IMG/VR virus record: IMGVR_UViG_3300035696_002894
Coordinates: 1,283 to 65,282 of that record
DNA length: 64,000 nt
Source of the DNA: a virus
Lineage: Duplodnaviria > Caudoviricetes
Strand: one strand, 5' to 3'
Below, one piece after another: positions 63,016 to 64,000 of the stretch. Below the pieces are notes generated by a model that had not been told where the DNA came from, did no database searches, and saw nothing but the letters and a program-made list of their open reading frames with translations. The stretch's first letter is position 1; each line of letters opens with the position of its first letter. A program made the position numbers and the translations under genes.

Positions 63016-63327
63016 CTACCCCGACCACGACCCCAACCGCGACCTCGACCCCGACCACGACCACGACCCCGACCGCGACCACGACCGCGACCTCGACCGC
63101 GACCACGACCACGACCCCGACCGCGACCACGACCCCGACCGCGACCACGACCACGACCCCGACCCCGACCACGACCACGACCGCGACCCCGACCGCGACC
63201 CCAACCTCGACCGCGACCACGACCCCGACCACGACCCCGACCTCGACCCCGACCTCGACCGCGACCGCGACCCCGACCGCGACCAACAAGTCACATCAAA
63301 ACCGCCGCGCAGGATTGCAGCATTCAC
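63016..63327 (-). CDS. Ser/Arg/Trp/Gly dipeptide-repeat micro-protein, copy 2
   Basis: Same leader VNAAILRGGFD and same end WSG*; GGAG RBS; start approximate. Confidence 0.55.
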   Translation of the reverse strand: MNAAILRGGFDVTCWSRSGSRSRSRSGSRSGSWSGSWSRSRLGSRSGSRSWSWSGSGSWSWSRSGSWSRSGSWSWSRSRSRSWSRSGSWSWSGSRSRLGSWSG

Positions 63328-63351
63328 TTCTCCTCCGTCATGCGTAGACAA

Positions 63352-63381
63352 TGCTTCCTTGAGGTTGACCTCAAGGAAGCA
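63352..63381. repeat. palindrome variant, 30 bp with a central mismatch (GTTGAC)
   Basis: TGCTTCCTTGAGGTTGACCTCAAGGAAGCA. Confidence 0.95.
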
Positions 63382-63546
63382 ACACTCTCATCGCAGCGCT
63401 CCGCAACCGCCGGGCAGCCTCCGCAATCTCTTCTCATCCGGCAGATACCAGCGCGAACGCCGCGCGCACGATCTCGACCATCTGGGCCTTTACCTTCTGC
63501 TGCTCCGTCGATGCCTTGTTCATGCTCCCCATGATGCCGCGCCGCT

Positions 63547-63566
63547 CCTTGAGGTCGACCTCAAGG
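63547..63566. repeat. 20-bp palindrome, perfect
   Basis: 10 nt from CATCAT. Confidence 0.97.
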
Positions 63567-63658
63567 CACCTTGCAGACACCCCAAACGAACCACACGAGC
63601 ACCATCACCACAGCCGCAAGCACACACAGACCCGGCCCAACCGCCCATCGCCCGCTCA

Positions 63659-64000
63659 TCACTCCCTAGCGCTCAGCACCGCGCACGTAGATGGCATGTC
63701 TCTCTCGAGCCAGTACCTGAACGCCGATTGATACGCTACCCACCGGACTGCGACCTGCTCGGCGTTTCGCGCGATCCATTGCGCATGCGCAGCCGCAACA
63801 CTCAGATGCTGGCTCCCGAGCAACAGCATCGCTCGCAGCTGAAACTCCTCCCGCATCTCGAGCGCGCGCCTGTAGTCGTCTGCGATGCGCTTGTCCCCAC
63901 ACGCCGCGAAGAACCTCTCACGCCTAGCCTCCTCGCCCTCCACTACAACACGCGCGCTCTCTACGATCGTCAGCAGCGACTTCTTCTGCTCTTCATCCAT
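63659..64000 (-). CDS. hypothetical protein
   Basis: 113 aa helical ORF starting at the window edge. Confidence 0.45.
   Translation of the reverse strand: MDEEQKKSLLTIVESARVVVEGEEARRERFFAACGDKRIADDYRRALEMREEFQLRAMLLLGSQHLSVAAAHAQWIARNAEQVAVRWVAYQSAFRYWLERDMPSTCAVLSARE

Larger units (their letters stand above)
62351..63330. repeat. duplicated unit (about 62351-62620 and 62962-63330), each containing a GACC(A/C/G/T)C-type hexamer array
   Basis: Shared flanks CTCCGCCATCACATACACAGATGATGCCGCCATGCGGCCTACCCC and TCAAAACCGCCGCGCAGGATTGCAGCATTCACTTC. Confidence 0.95.

Noticed and set aside
62351-63330. Diversity-generating retroelement template/variable repeat pair
   Set aside because: No reverse transcriptase is in the window, and the copies differ in unit number rather than by adenine-specific substitutions.
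4981-63566. Palindromes as CRISPR repeats
   Set aside because: They are kilobases apart with genes between them, there is no regular spacer periodicity, and no cas genes are present.
4981-63566. Palindromes as a SalI linker or adaptor artefact
   Set aside because: They sit at gene boundaries, supply stop codons, keep fixed spacing to promoter-like hexamers and show symmetric variants. Artefacts would be identical and randomly placed.
4981-63566. Palindromes as classic intrinsic terminators or canonical parS sites
   Set aside because: No U-tract follows on either strand, and there is no match to TGTTTCACGTGAAACA. A non-canonical hairpin role remains open.
1-64000. tRNA, rRNA, integrase, IS transposase
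   Set aside because: None recognised by eye. A tRNAscan or Infernal run would be needed to exclude small RNAs.

Overview
64 kb of a high-GC tailed dsDNA phage or prophage (myovirus-like, contractile tail), with almost all genes on the minus strand. In transcription order (right to left) it has a replication/recombination block (SF2 helicase, DnaB, primase, UvrD, sigma-like factor, two DNA methyltransferases, family B polymerase, RecA, SbcCD-like pair, RuvC, ParB-like). Next come TerS/TerL, a 10 kb block of fibre, lipoprotein, peptidase, phosphatase and lysozyme genes, and then portal, head and tail genes. Three inteins and three HNH genes are present. One HNH sits in a second reading frame inside the methyltransferase intein. 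The most striking non-coding feature is a 20-bp palindrome, CCTTGAGGTCGACCTCAAGG, in 26 near-complete copies (17 perfect), nearly all at gene junctions. It often supplies the upstream stop codon and lies just upstream of a -10-like hexamer that is exactly 7 nt from the next start codon, which suggests leaderless mRNAs. Two duplicated hexamer-repeat (Ser/Arg/Trp/Gly) micro-genes lie near the right end. No tRNA, rRNA, CRISPR array or integrase was seen. Product calls come from motif recognition by eye, not database searches. Several starts were moved from the ORF track using overlaps and RBS or -10 position.
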